This document shows, piece by piece, positions 49,014 to 57,969 of a stretch of DNA of 64,000 bases. Numbering within the stretch: position 1 is the first letter of the stretch; every line of letters begins with the position of its first letter. Location: positions 1,760,001-1,824,000 of the forward strand of contig CAXXLL010000003.1 of assembly GCA_963662545.2 (NCBI GenBank), read 5' to 3'. The notes below the pieces were generated by a model. That model was not told where the DNA came from. It saw only the letters and a list, made by a program, of their open reading frames with translations, and did not search any database. This DNA comes from Gammaproteobacteria bacterium. GTDB lineage: Bacteria > Pseudomonadota > Gammaproteobacteria > Ga0077536. The translations under genes were made by a program, and so were the position numbers.

Positions 49014-49658
49014 TCAAACGGCGTCAACCTGCTTTAGGATAGGCCGAGTCAGGTCCGTTAGGCGCAGCCGCTGCCGGCCGGTTTCGTCGAAATTCCCAGG
49101 GTCGAGCCACGCTAGAAAAGCCACTTCGAGTTCGTTCCACCCGGCGTCGACCGGCGCGTACCAGGCCGTGTCGCGATTGTGCCCCTTGTACACCGTGGCC
49201 TGGCGGAAGATACCTTCATAGGACAAGCCCAATCGTTTGGCTGCGGCGCGGGACGGTGCATTCAGGGCGTCGCATTTCCATTCGTAGCGGCGGTAGCCGA
49301 GTTCGAAGGCACGCTTCATCATGAGGTACATGGCCTCCGTCGCTGCGCGAGTCTTCTGCAAGCTTGGCGAGTAATTGATGTGGCCGACTTCGATCGATCC
49401 GTTCGCCGGATCGATCCGCATGAAGCTCGCGATACCGGTCGCTTTGTCCGTTTCCAGATCAACGATCGCGTGAAACATCGGATCGTCGCCAAGACAGAAC
49501 GCATTGATCCACTCGATATAGGCGCCCGCCGTCTCGAATGGGCCATAAGGTAGATAGGTCCAAGCACTCTCCAGCGGATCGATTGAATTCGCTTCGTGCA
49601 GATCGGCGGCATGTCTGGCGGGTTCGAGCGGTTCGATACGACAATAACGCCCGGTCAT
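49014..49658 (-). CDS. RimJ/RimL-type GNAT acetyltransferase, possibly 5'-clipped
   Basis: WTYLPYGP, IEVGHI, LGYRRYEWKCDALN.PS, KGHNRDTAW. Confidence 0.85.
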   Translation of the reverse strand: MTGRYCRIEPLEPARHAADLHEANSIDPLESAWTYLPYGPFETAGAYIEWINAFCLGDDPMFHAIVDLETDKATGIASFMRIDPANGSIEVGHINYSPSLQKTRAATEAMYLMMKRAFELGYRRYEWKCDALNAPSRAAAKRLGLSYEGIFRQATVYKGHNRDTAWYAPVDAGWNELEVAFLAWLDPGNFDETGRQRLRLTDLTRPILKQVDAV

Positions 49659-49675
49659 CGGCTCGCGCTCGGGCG

Positions 49676-49749
49676 AAAAGGTTCCAGGTTTATTTAATTG
49701 CTGAAACTCAGCAAGAAAAGGTATCGCTTAAATAAACCTGACACCTTTT
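49676..49749. repeat. Palindromic REP-like element, empty (no IS)
   Basis: AAAAGGTTCCAGGTTTATTTA..TAAATAAACCTGACACCTTTT with the same loop as 27820-27889. Confidence 0.85.
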
Positions 49750-49833
49750 CTCTTGCGCTTCCTTGCGTGGGCGGTATTCATAATCAGCTTAGCAGGGCGC
49801 GCAAGGGGCTGCGTCCAATGGGCGGTTCAGCGC

Positions 49834-49875
49834 CTAGGGGGATGCATTCCCTATCACCAACGGACCGGATTATGC
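49834..49875 (+). repeat. 42-bp repeat shared with 63134-63175, probable element end
   Basis: CTAGGGGGATGCATTCCCTATCACCRACGGACCGGA. Confidence 0.7.
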
Positions 49876-49892
49876 CCTTGATCCGGGCCGGT

Positions 49893-50708
49893 TCAAGTCT
49901 GGCAACGGCTGCAGAAAAAGCTCGAACGCTGTCCGATCACGCGCATCTTCAACGGTTTCCGGCACCTCACACAGGGGTCACCCGCGCGTCCATAGACCCT
50001 GAGCTGGTGCCGGAAGTATCCCGGCCTGCCATCGTCGCGTACGAAATCCCGTAAGCTCGTACCACCCGCTTCGATCGCCTCGCGGAGTACGGTCGTGATT
50101 TTCGACGCCAGCGACTCGTATCGTTCGAGCCCGACGCGCCCGGCCGCGCGCACCGGGTGGATGCCGGCGCGAAACAGCGCTTCGCTCGCGTAGATATTGC
50201 CGACGCCTACGACCACGCGGGCGTCCATGATGAAGTTCTTGATCGCGACGGTGCGCCCCCGCGCGCGATGGTATAAATAGGCGCCCGTAAAAGTTGCATC
50301 GAAGGGTTCGGGTCCGAGATCGCGCAACAGCTCATGCGCCATGGGGTCACCTTTGGTCCACAGCATCAGGCCGAAGCGGCGTGGATCGCGCAGGCGCAAA
50401 CAACGATCGCCGCGAAAGATGATCTCGACGTGATCGTGCGGCTGGCGCGGTACGCCCGGGTCTACGACGCGCAGACTGCCGGACATGCCGAGATGGGTTA
50501 TCAGTGTCCCGCGAGGAAAGTCGAACAGCAGGTACTTGGCGCGGCGCGTGACGGCGGACAGACGCGCACCGGTCAGTATCGCAGAAAGATTACGGCTGAC
50601 CGGTCGGCGTAGCCGCCGGTCGTGGACCTTGACCTCCAAGACGTCGCGACCGCAGAGTAAGGGTTCAATGCCGCGCCGCGTCGTTTCCACTTCGGGCAGT
50701 TCAGGCAT
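49893..50708 (-). CDS. mutM: Formamidopyrimidine-DNA glycosylase, native copy
   Basis: MPELPEVE through the C4 finger; overlaps the GldG-like gene. Confidence 0.95.
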   Translation of the reverse strand: MPELPEVETTRRGIEPLLCGRDVLEVKVHDRRLRRPVSRNLSAILTGARLSAVTRRAKYLLFDFPRGTLITHLGMSGSLRVVDPGVPRQPHDHVEIIFRGDRCLRLRDPRRFGLMLWTKGDPMAHELLRDLGPEPFDATFTGAYLYHRARGRTVAIKNFIMDARVVVGVGNIYASEALFRAGIHPVRAAGRVGLERYESLASKITTVLREAIEAGGTSLRDFVRDDGRPGYFRHQLRVYGRAGDPCVRCRKPLKMRVIGQRSSFFCSRCQT

Positions 50709-52023
50709 TGCGCCGGCGCCACCACCACATTGCGCCATTAAGGCTTAGTACCAGCGGCAGTCCGACACAGAAAAACAGGAACATCGCCAGGCGCTCCCAC
50801 ATGGCGAGATCCAGTTCGGCATCGAGTACTTTCGGCACGACGATGTCGATCAAGGCATCGTCCGCGGCAAGCCATTCGAGCGTGCGTCGGCCAAATTCCA
50901 GATTCCCCAGGTTTTCAACGTACATGTTCGACAGAAAGTCGCCGTCTCCGATCACAACGATGCGTTGCTCGGCACCCGGTGCGCCGGACTTTTTGCTGAA
51001 GGCGACCGCCAGGCTGAGTTCGCCCTGAATTTCATCGCCGCTGTCGAAACCGACATTCCCCTCGAACGTCCCCGTTTCCGTCCAAGCCGCGCCTTGAGTC
51101 CGGGCCAGGATGGTCACCGACCAGTCGAGATTTGTGCGCACGTGAAGCGCCGTAGCAAATGGAAACACGACCGTCTGATTGAACCCTTCGAAGATGGGGT
51201 GCGCGGGGTGATCGAGCGCTACCGCGTAGGCGGGATTTTTGAATTTCGTCAGACCGACCGGATCGACCACCGTACCTAAATAAGCGACCACGCCCAGCGC
51301 GTGTTCCAGCTTGCCGAGCGCGGCCGGTGCGTCCGGCTCGGTCAACCAGAGTAGGTTGCCGCCATCAGCGAGGTACTCAATGATTTCGTCGGCTTCGGAG
51401 GGCAGGTAAGGCACCGACGGTGAAGCAAGTACGAGTACGGCGGTGTTTTGGGGTATCGCTGCCATCTTGCCAAGGGTGTATTCGCGCAGTCGAAGACCTC
51501 GGCTTTCGAGATATTCCGACAGGCGTGCCAGGTCATGGTTTGCTTTTCGCGCAATGCGCCGTTCTCCGTTGTTGGCAAGAAACGTAATCCAACGATCGGA
51601 TCCGCGCGCAAGTCGGGCCAGTGCGTTCGTTACGTCGCTTTCGCTGAGTTGGGTCAAATGCTGCTTGCGGCCGCCGTACTCGAACAGGATTTCGCCCAGG
51701 TTCGCTTCGCGCCGGTTCGCGGCGCCAAAATCTTTCCGGGGATCGATGAATTTGAGCGTGAACTCCGATTTATGGCGCTGGTAGCGCGCGAAGAAATCGG
51801 CAAGGCTCGATCGCATCGCCGGATCTTCCGGGACATAGGCGGTCACTTCGATCGGATCCGGCAGCAGGCTCAGCACCTCGATGCTCTTTATGTGAAGGGA
51901 GTTGCTTGTATTGCGGGTCAAATCCCGGATCCAGCGGTGCTCATCGGCGAACGTCACCAGTCCGACGGTGAGGGCCAGCAACGCGGCTGGAAGCAAGAGT
52001 CGCAAGGCTTTTCTCAAGACCAT
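50701..52023 (-). CDS. GldG-like ABC transporter auxiliary component
   Basis: DLTRN..NSL, FIDP, RIVVIGDGDFLSN..LGN, C-terminal TM. Confidence 0.85.
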   Translation of the reverse strand: MVLRKALRLLLPAALLALTVGLVTFADEHRWIRDLTRNTSNSLHIKSIEVLSLLPDPIEVTAYVPEDPAMRSSLADFFARYQRHKSEFTLKFIDPRKDFGAANRREANLGEILFEYGGRKQHLTQLSESDVTNALARLARGSDRWITFLANNGERRIARKANHDLARLSEYLESRGLRLREYTLGKMAAIPQNTAVLVLASPSVPYLPSEADEIIEYLADGGNLLWLTEPDAPAALGKLEHALGVVAYLGTVVDPVGLTKFKNPAYAVALDHPAHPIFEGFNQTVVFPFATALHVRTNLDWSVTILARTQGAAWTETGTFEGNVGFDSGDEIQGELSLAVAFSKKSGAPGAEQRIVVIGDGDFLSNMYVENLGNLEFGRRTLEWLAADDALIDIVVPKVLDAELDLAMWERLAMFLFFCVGLPLVLSLNGAMWWWRRRNA

Positions 52024-52024
52024 C

Positions 52025-52771
52025 TCAGGCCCACTGCCGTTCGCTTTCGACCATCCACACCGCCAAGCTGAAGAACAAGACGGCGACGATGATGAAGTAA
52101 ACGATATCGGCGGAATTGATAAAACCAATCGCGAATCCGCGTAGACGGCCCAGGGTCGACACCGTGCCGAGCGAGGACGAAGCGGGGTCGAGCCGGTTTG
52201 CCCAATCGGCGAACCACAGTGACAGCGACACGATCAGCGCCGCGATGCCGGTCAGAACCGGTTGGCGCGTGATCGCCGAAGCCGCGATACCGAGGCAGCA
52301 ATGGAGCAGGACAAACAGCGCGAGGCCTAGCAGGTTGGTGAAGTAGATCCCGAGGTCAATCGGCGCGCCCCATAACAGCGTCAAGGGAATGAGACCTGCC
52401 AGAAACCACAGGGCGCCGGCGAACGACAGGACCGCGAGCAATTTTCCGGCGACGATGTCGAAAGAGGAAATCGGCGCTGAAAAAAGAAAATCGAGCTTTC
52501 CGTCACGGCGGTCGCTACTGAGGACACCCATGGTCAGCATCGGGGTGACGACGACGACGAGCAACGCCGCGGCGCGAAAATAGGGGATCAAAATGGCGCG
52601 GGTAACACCCTGCGCCTGTAAGTGGGCGTTCAAACCGAGGAATTGCACGGTCAACAGCAAAAATAGAACAGCCATGAAGCTCTGCGCTACAGCCAGCACG
52701 ACCCATGAGAACGGCCGCCGTAAGCTGCGCGTGATTTCGAATCCAGCGATCGCGCGCATCGCCTCGGTCAT
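52025..52771 (-). CDS. GldF-like ABC-2 permease
   Basis: PMLTMG..DRRDGKLDFL..P..IVAGK; several TMs. Confidence 0.85.
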   Translation of the reverse strand: MTEAMRAIAGFEITRSLRRPFSWVVLAVAQSFMAVLFLLLTVQFLGLNAHLQAQGVTRAILIPYFRAAALLVVVVTPMLTMGVLSSDRRDGKLDFLFSAPISSFDIVAGKLLAVLSFAGALWFLAGLIPLTLLWGAPIDLGIYFTNLLGLALFVLLHCCLGIAASAITRQPVLTGIAALIVSLSLWFADWANRLDPASSSLGTVSTLGRLRGFAIGFINSADIVYFIIVAVLFFSLAVWMVESERQWA

Positions 52772-53700
52772 AGGCTTTTTCCCGCCGGCGGATCACCCGT
52801 GGTCAGACGCATAAACAGATGCTCGAGGACGTCGAAATCCGGCTGTAATTCGATGACACCCCAGCCTTCTTCGACCGCCCGCTCCGCTATCGATACGGCG
52901 GCGTTTTCGAGATCGTCGACCTCGAGGCGCCAGGCGCCGTGGTCTTCGGCTGATGCAATTAGCACGCCCTCGATGCCGGTCAGCGAACCGACGTCGACGG
53001 CTTCGCGAAACCGCACCCGCAAGACGCGGGTTTCGGAAACCGCGGGCGCATCATGGACGATGCGCCCGTGATGAAGAATCATGATACGGGTCGCGAGCTT
53101 GCGTACTTCCGGCAGGATGTGAGTTGAGACAATGACCGTGCGTTCGGCGGCGAGGGTTCGGATCAATTCGCGCACGTCACGAATCTGCGCGGGGTCGAGG
53201 CTGGATGTTGGCTCGTCGAGTATCAATACGCTCGGATCGTGCACGATTGCCTGGGCTAATCCAATACGTTGCCGGTAGCCCTTGGACAGATTTCCGATCA
53301 ACCGTGAGCCGACGTCCTCGAGGCCGCAGTGAGCGCGGGCTTTCGCGCTGGCTTCGTGCGCCGCGACGGCCGGTAGTCCGCGCAAACGGGCGCACCAGCC
53401 GAGGTAAGCGTCGACCGTGGCGTCGTCATGCAGCGGCGGAACCTCGGGCAGGTATCCGACGGCCTTTTTAGCCTCGATTGGATCGTCGGACAGGGAACGG
53501 CCGCAGATCTCGACCTGCCCGCCATGGGCGCGCAGGACGCCGGCGAGAATCTTCATGGTCGTCGACTTGCCGGCGCCGTTGGGCCCGAGAAAACCCAGAA
53601 CCTCGCCGCGCCGCAGGGTGACATCGACCGCATGGAGCGCCTGGTGCCTACCGTAAAAACGGTTCAATCCCCGTGCCGACAGCAGGACCTCTTCGACCAT
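52768..53700 (-). CDS. GldA-like ABC ATPase
   Basis: GPNGAGKST, LSKGYRQR, ILDEPT. Confidence 0.9.
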   Translation of the reverse strand: MVEEVLLSARGLNRFYGRHQALHAVDVTLRRGEVLGFLGPNGAGKSTTMKILAGVLRAHGGQVEICGRSLSDDPIEAKKAVGYLPEVPPLHDDATVDAYLGWCARLRGLPAVAAHEASAKARAHCGLEDVGSRLIGNLSKGYRQRIGLAQAIVHDPSVLILDEPTSSLDPAQIRDVRELIRTLAAERTVIVSTHILPEVRKLATRIMILHHGRIVHDAPAVSETRVLRVRFREAVDVGSLTGIEGVLIASAEDHGAWRLEVDDLENAAVSIAERAVEEGWGVIELQPDFDVLEHLFMRLTTGDPPAGKSL

Positions 53701-53916
53701 GGCCCGTATTATTGGCGAGGCCGTCCGTCGTGCCAAGAACGCCACGCGACAGCGAACACGCAATGCCGGTATCGTCGGTGCAGGAAATCGCTCAAGGCGA
53801 ACAAAGACGAGGCCGATTACTCTTTAAGCCGCCGCGGGAATGGCCGGCGGAAGTCTCAGCCGCCGGGCGGGAGAAGAGGTAATCCACAGCATGAAGTATG
53901 ATTGCCATGGTCTTAA

Positions 53917-54078
53917 GGAACCTCTGAATAAGTCATGGCACATCTGCCTTGCGCCTGAAATCGCGCAACTCGGCGTTACGAATCTTGCCCATAGTCCCCG
54001 CTATGGCCTGCGATTCGTGCCTTGATTTGCACAATTTCATGAACCATTCAGACGCACCATGACTTATTCAGAGGTTCC
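53917..54078. mobile_element. 162-bp MITE, copy 2 (inverted relative to copy 1)
   Basis: Same 22-bp IRs; flanks TTAA / GTAA. Confidence 0.88.
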
Positions 54079-54145
54079 GTAATGAATATTAACGATCCGC
54101 TTGCCGTTTTCGGCCCCGATTGGGGTTAGAGTTGGACGCTCAAAT

Positions 54146-55342
54146 ATGAAGTCGGGGAATCTCATGCTGGAAGGATTGGTGCAATTGCCATGGTGGGGAG
54201 TCGTCGTGGTCGCCCTGGTGTTCACGCATATTACGATCGCGGCGGTCACGATATTTTTGCACCGATGTCAGGCGCATCGCGCGCTCGAATTGCACCCGCT
54301 GATCGCTCATTTTTTCCGTGCGTGGTTATGGTTGACCAGTGGTATGAACACCCGCGAGTGGACAGCGGTGCATCGCAAGCACCACGCGGCGGTAGAGACC
54401 GAGGAAGATCCCCACAGTCCGCAAGTGCATGGGATCCGCACGGTGATGTTGAAAGGTGCGGAGTTGTACCAGGAGAATGCCTCCAACCGGGCTCTCCTGG
54501 AGCGCTACGGCTTCGGTACCCCCGACGACTGGATCGAGCGGCACCTCTACACCCCGCATTCCTTCGTAGGGATCGTCCTGATGTTCATAATGAACGTCGT
54601 CGTGTTCGGCCCTATTGGGATTACGATCTGGGCGGTGCAGATGATCTGGATTCCGATATTCGCGGCCGGCATCATCAACGGTGCCGGGCACTGGTGGGGT
54701 TATCGCAACTTCGAGACCGCGGACGCCTCGACCAACATCGTGCCGTGGGGAATCTTGATCGGCGGCGAAGAGCTGCACAACAACCACCACGCGTTCGCCA
54801 GCTCGGCCAAATTTTCAGTAAGGCCCTGGGAGTTCGATCTCGGGTGGTTCTACGTGCGATTGATGCAAACTTGTGGACTGGCCGAGATCCACACCTTGGC
54901 GCCGGGGTGTCCCGTGGTCGATCGGACGAAACCGGTCCCGGATTTCGAAACCCTCAAGGCCGTGGTGGGCAACCGGCTGCACGTGATGGCCGACTACGGC
55001 CGCATGGTGGTCAAGCGGGTGCACAAAGAAGAGCTGCGTAACGCAGCGGCCGACATCCGCCGGATGCTTAAACCGCTGCGGCCGCTCATGCTCCGCGCGG
55101 AAGAACGCTTGAACGATCTCGAGCGCGGCACCTTGAGGGATGCTTTGGCGCAGAGCAAGCCACTCGAAGTCGTGTACCGTTTCAGGCTTCAACTGCAGGA
55201 GATCTATGAGCAGCGCACCGCCAGCCGTGAAAGCTTGCTCGATTCCCTACAGGAGTGGTGCCGTCACGCCGAGGCGACGGGGATCAAGGCGCTGGAAGAT
55301 TTCGCGCAGACCCTGCGCGGCTATACTCTGCAGCCCGCCTAG
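54146..55342 (+). CDS. desA: Delta-9 fatty acid desaturase with helical C-terminal tail
   Basis: His boxes HRCQAH, HRKHH, HNNHH. Confidence 0.9.
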   Translation: MKSGNLMLEGLVQLPWWGVVVVALVFTHITIAAVTIFLHRCQAHRALELHPLIAHFFRAWLWLTSGMNTREWTAVHRKHHAAVETEEDPHSPQVHGIRTVMLKGAELYQENASNRALLERYGFGTPDDWIERHLYTPHSFVGIVLMFIMNVVVFGPIGITIWAVQMIWIPIFAAGIINGAGHWWGYRNFETADASTNIVPWGILIGGEELHNNHHAFASSAKFSVRPWEFDLGWFYVRLMQTCGLAEIHTLAPGCPVVDRTKPVPDFETLKAVVGNRLHVMADYGRMVVKRVHKEELRNAAADIRRMLKPLRPLMLRAEERLNDLERGTLRDALAQSKPLEVVYRFRLQLQEIYEQRTASRESLLDSLQEWCRHAEATGIKALEDFAQTLRGYTLQPA

Positions 55343-55350
55343 AATTACGG

Positions 55351-55506
55351 CTACTTGATCTTCGCTTCCTTGTACATCACGTGTTTGCGTACCACGGGAT
55401 CGTACTTCATGCGTTCGAGCTTTTCCGGATGCGTCCGCTTGTTCTTGGTCGTGGTGTAGTAATGCCCGGTGCCGGCACTGGATACGAGTTTGATTTTATC
55501 CTGCAT
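55351..55506 (-). CDS. rpmG: 50S ribosomal protein L33 (not in ORF track)
   Basis: [51 protein letters not shown]. Confidence 0.97.
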   Translation of the reverse strand: MQDKIKLVSSAGTGHYYTTTKNKRTHPEKLERMKYDPVVRKHVMYKEAKIK

Positions 55507-55523
55507 GACGAACTCCTAGCGGG

Positions 55524-55760
55524 CTAGATTTTTTCGCCGCGCGCGCGGATCTTTTTCAATACACTCTCGATGCCGAGCTTGTCGATAATGCGCATGCCCT
55601 TGCGGCTGACCCGCAGACGAACCCAACGCTTTTCACTTTCGACCCAGAAGCGGTGCGAATGTAGGTTGGGCAAGAAACGCCGCCGTGTACGGTTGTGCGC
55701 GTGCGAGACGTTATTGCCGGCTTGCGGCCGTTTACCCGTAACTTGGCATACGCGAGACAT
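55524..55760 (-). CDS. rpmB: 50S ribosomal protein L28
   Basis: [26 protein letters not shown]. Confidence 0.97.
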   Translation of the reverse strand: MSRVCQVTGKRPQAGNNVSHAHNRTRRRFLPNLHSHRFWVESEKRWVRLRVSRKGMRIIDKLGIESVLKKIRARGEKI

Positions 55761-55892
55761 GATGAATTCCTAACGGGTTCCGGAGAAGGCGCGCAATTTT
55801 AGCCGACTTATGCACGAGGGCCAAGCCGCGCATAGAACTGCAAGAAAACGGCCTCCGGCACGCAAGCGATTCAGAGGTTTCTTAGCTTCTAA

Positions 55893-56567
55893 TCAAAGCA
55901 GGCCTAATTCAGCCATGGATACGACGTCGCGCTCGCCGACGATCAGGTGGTCGAGCACGCGCACGTCCACCATGCCCGCCGCTTCGACGATCCGCTGGGT
56001 TATGGCGCGATCGGCGGCGCTCGGCTCAGCGACGCCGGACGGGTGATTGTGAGCGAGAATGACGGCGGCGCAGTTGAGTTCCAGGCACGCCCGGATGATT
56101 TCACGCGGGTGGACCTGGGTGCTGTCCACCGACCCGAAAAACAACTCCCGGAACGCGATAACGCGGTGCCGGGTGTCGAGAAAGAGGCACGCGAAAACCT
56201 CGCGACGGTACGCCTTCATGCGCGAAATCAGGTAGGTGCCTGCGTCCGAGGGGGTCTGCAGCGGGCCGTCGCGCTTGAGCGTGGCGTAGACGTAGCGTTG
56301 GCTGAGTTCGAGCGCAGCCTTGATGGTGGCGAACCCCGCCGGCCCGCAGCCGGGTAGGCTGCAGAAGGTCAGGAGATCGGCTTCGAGCAGTTCACGCAGG
56401 CTACCGGACGAGCTCAAAAGGGCCCGCGCGAGGCTGACGGCATCGTTTCTGGGGGTTCCATGGCGCAACAGAATCGCCAGAAGTTCGGCATCAGACAGGG
56501 TTCGGGCACCGTCTGCGAGCAGCTTCTCGCGGGGTCTTTCGCCGCTGGGCCAATCCTTGATCTTCAT
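55893..56567 (-). CDS. radC: RadC/JAB-domain protein
   Basis: ERPREKL, LSDAELLAI, HNHPSG..PS.AD, LDHLIVG. Confidence 0.94.
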   Translation of the reverse strand: MKIKDWPSGERPREKLLADGARTLSDAELLAILLRHGTPRNDAVSLARALLSSSGSLRELLEADLLTFCSLPGCGPAGFATIKAALELSQRYVYATLKRDGPLQTPSDAGTYLISRMKAYRREVFACLFLDTRHRVIAFRELFFGSVDSTQVHPREIIRACLELNCAAVILAHNHPSGVAEPSAADRAITQRIVEAAGMVDVRVLDHLIVGERDVVSMAELGLL

Positions 56568-56664
56568 CGCTGATCCCCTCCGTGGGATAGGGCAGAGCCT
56601 ACTGCAAAAGTATATGGATTCGCGGCCTTCGGGTAAAATCTGGCAAAACGGACGGCACCCGGAT

Positions 56665-57873
56665 ATGAGCACTCTCAACGCCAAGCGCGTCATCCTGATC
56701 GTGACGGGAGGCATAGCCGCCTACAAGGCGCCGGACGTGGTACGGCGGCTGCGAGAGGCAGGCGCCGAAGTCCGTGTCGTCATGACGCCCGCCGCCACGA
56801 AGTTTATAACCCCGCTGACCTTGCAGGCAGTTTCCGGTTTCGAGGTTCGTACGCAACTGTTCGACAGCGCGGCCGAGGCGGCGATGGGCCATATCGAACT
56901 CGCGCGTTGGGCCGACGCCGTCGTCATTGCGCCCGCAAGCGCCGACTTTCTCGCCCGCCTACGATTCGGTCGGGCGGATGAATTGGCCAGCGCGCTGTGC
57001 CTTGCCACGGAAGCGCCCGTCCTGGCCGCACCCGCCATGAATCAGCAGATGTGGCAGCATCCGGCGACGGCGGAGAATCTTGCGCAACTGGCTGCACGGG
57101 GGGTCGTGCTCGCGGGGCCCGCCGAGGGCGACCAGGCCTGCGGAGAAGTCGGACCCGGACGCATGCTGGAAGCGCCAGACATCGTCAGCGCGGCCGCGGC
57201 GCTGTTCAAGAACCAGCGGCTTGCCGGCTGTCGAGTTTTGATCACCGCCGGACCCACCCACGAACCGATCGATCCGGTCCGCTATATCACCAACTACAGT
57301 TCCGGAAAGATGGGATACGCGGTAGCCGAAGCCGCGCTCGATGCCGGCGGCGCCGTCACGCTGGTCAGCGGGCCGACCGGCCTTATACCACCCGCGGCCG
57401 CCACCACCGTAGAGGTTTCGACGGCACAGGAGATGTGTGAGGCCGTGATGAGCCGTGTGGCGAACAGTGACATCTTTATCGCGACGGCAGCGGTCGCGGA
57501 TTACCGCCCGGATACAACGCGATCGCATAAGATCAAACGCAACGCCTCGCCAATGGCGCTCAATCTGGTTCCGAATGAGGACATTCTTCGCAAGGTTGCT
57601 CATTCCCCGCATCCACCGTTTACCGTCGGCTTTGCCGCCGAAACCGAAAATGTCGAACACAATGCCCGATCCAAGCTGGCATCGAAGTCCCTCGACATGA
57701 TCGCGGCCAACTTGGTGGGTGGGCCGAATACCGGATTTAATGCCGATGAAAACGAGCTGCTGGTGATCTGGCGGGACGGCATGCAGAATTTGCCGCGCGC
57801 GTCCAAGGCGCGCATCGCGCGTAGCCTCGTAGACTTGATCTCTGAACGGATCGAGCAATCCGGTAGAAACTGA
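56665..57873 (+). CDS. coaBC: Phosphopantothenoylcysteine decarboxylase/synthetase
   Basis: GGIAAYK, MGHIELARW, PAMN, ACGEVGPGR, DPVRYITN.SSGKMG. Confidence 0.96.
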   Translation: MSTLNAKRVILIVTGGIAAYKAPDVVRRLREAGAEVRVVMTPAATKFITPLTLQAVSGFEVRTQLFDSAAEAAMGHIELARWADAVVIAPASADFLARLRFGRADELASALCLATEAPVLAAPAMNQQMWQHPATAENLAQLAARGVVLAGPAEGDQACGEVGPGRMLEAPDIVSAAAALFKNQRLAGCRVLITAGPTHEPIDPVRYITNYSSGKMGYAVAEAALDAGGAVTLVSGPTGLIPPAAATTVEVSTAQEMCEAVMSRVANSDIFIATAAVADYRPDTTRSHKIKRNASPMALNLVPNEDILRKVAHSPHPPFTVGFAAETENVEHNARSKLASKSLDMIAANLVGGPNTGFNADENELLVIWRDGMQNLPRASKARIARSLVDLISERIEQSGRN

Positions 57874-57969
57874 ATTCGCCGGATCGCGGTGATGTATTCG
57901 CAGAGGTGAACTTGTACACTTGCCGGGCCAGTCCGCGGCTGCGATAGATACGCTAAAGCATCTCGAAAA

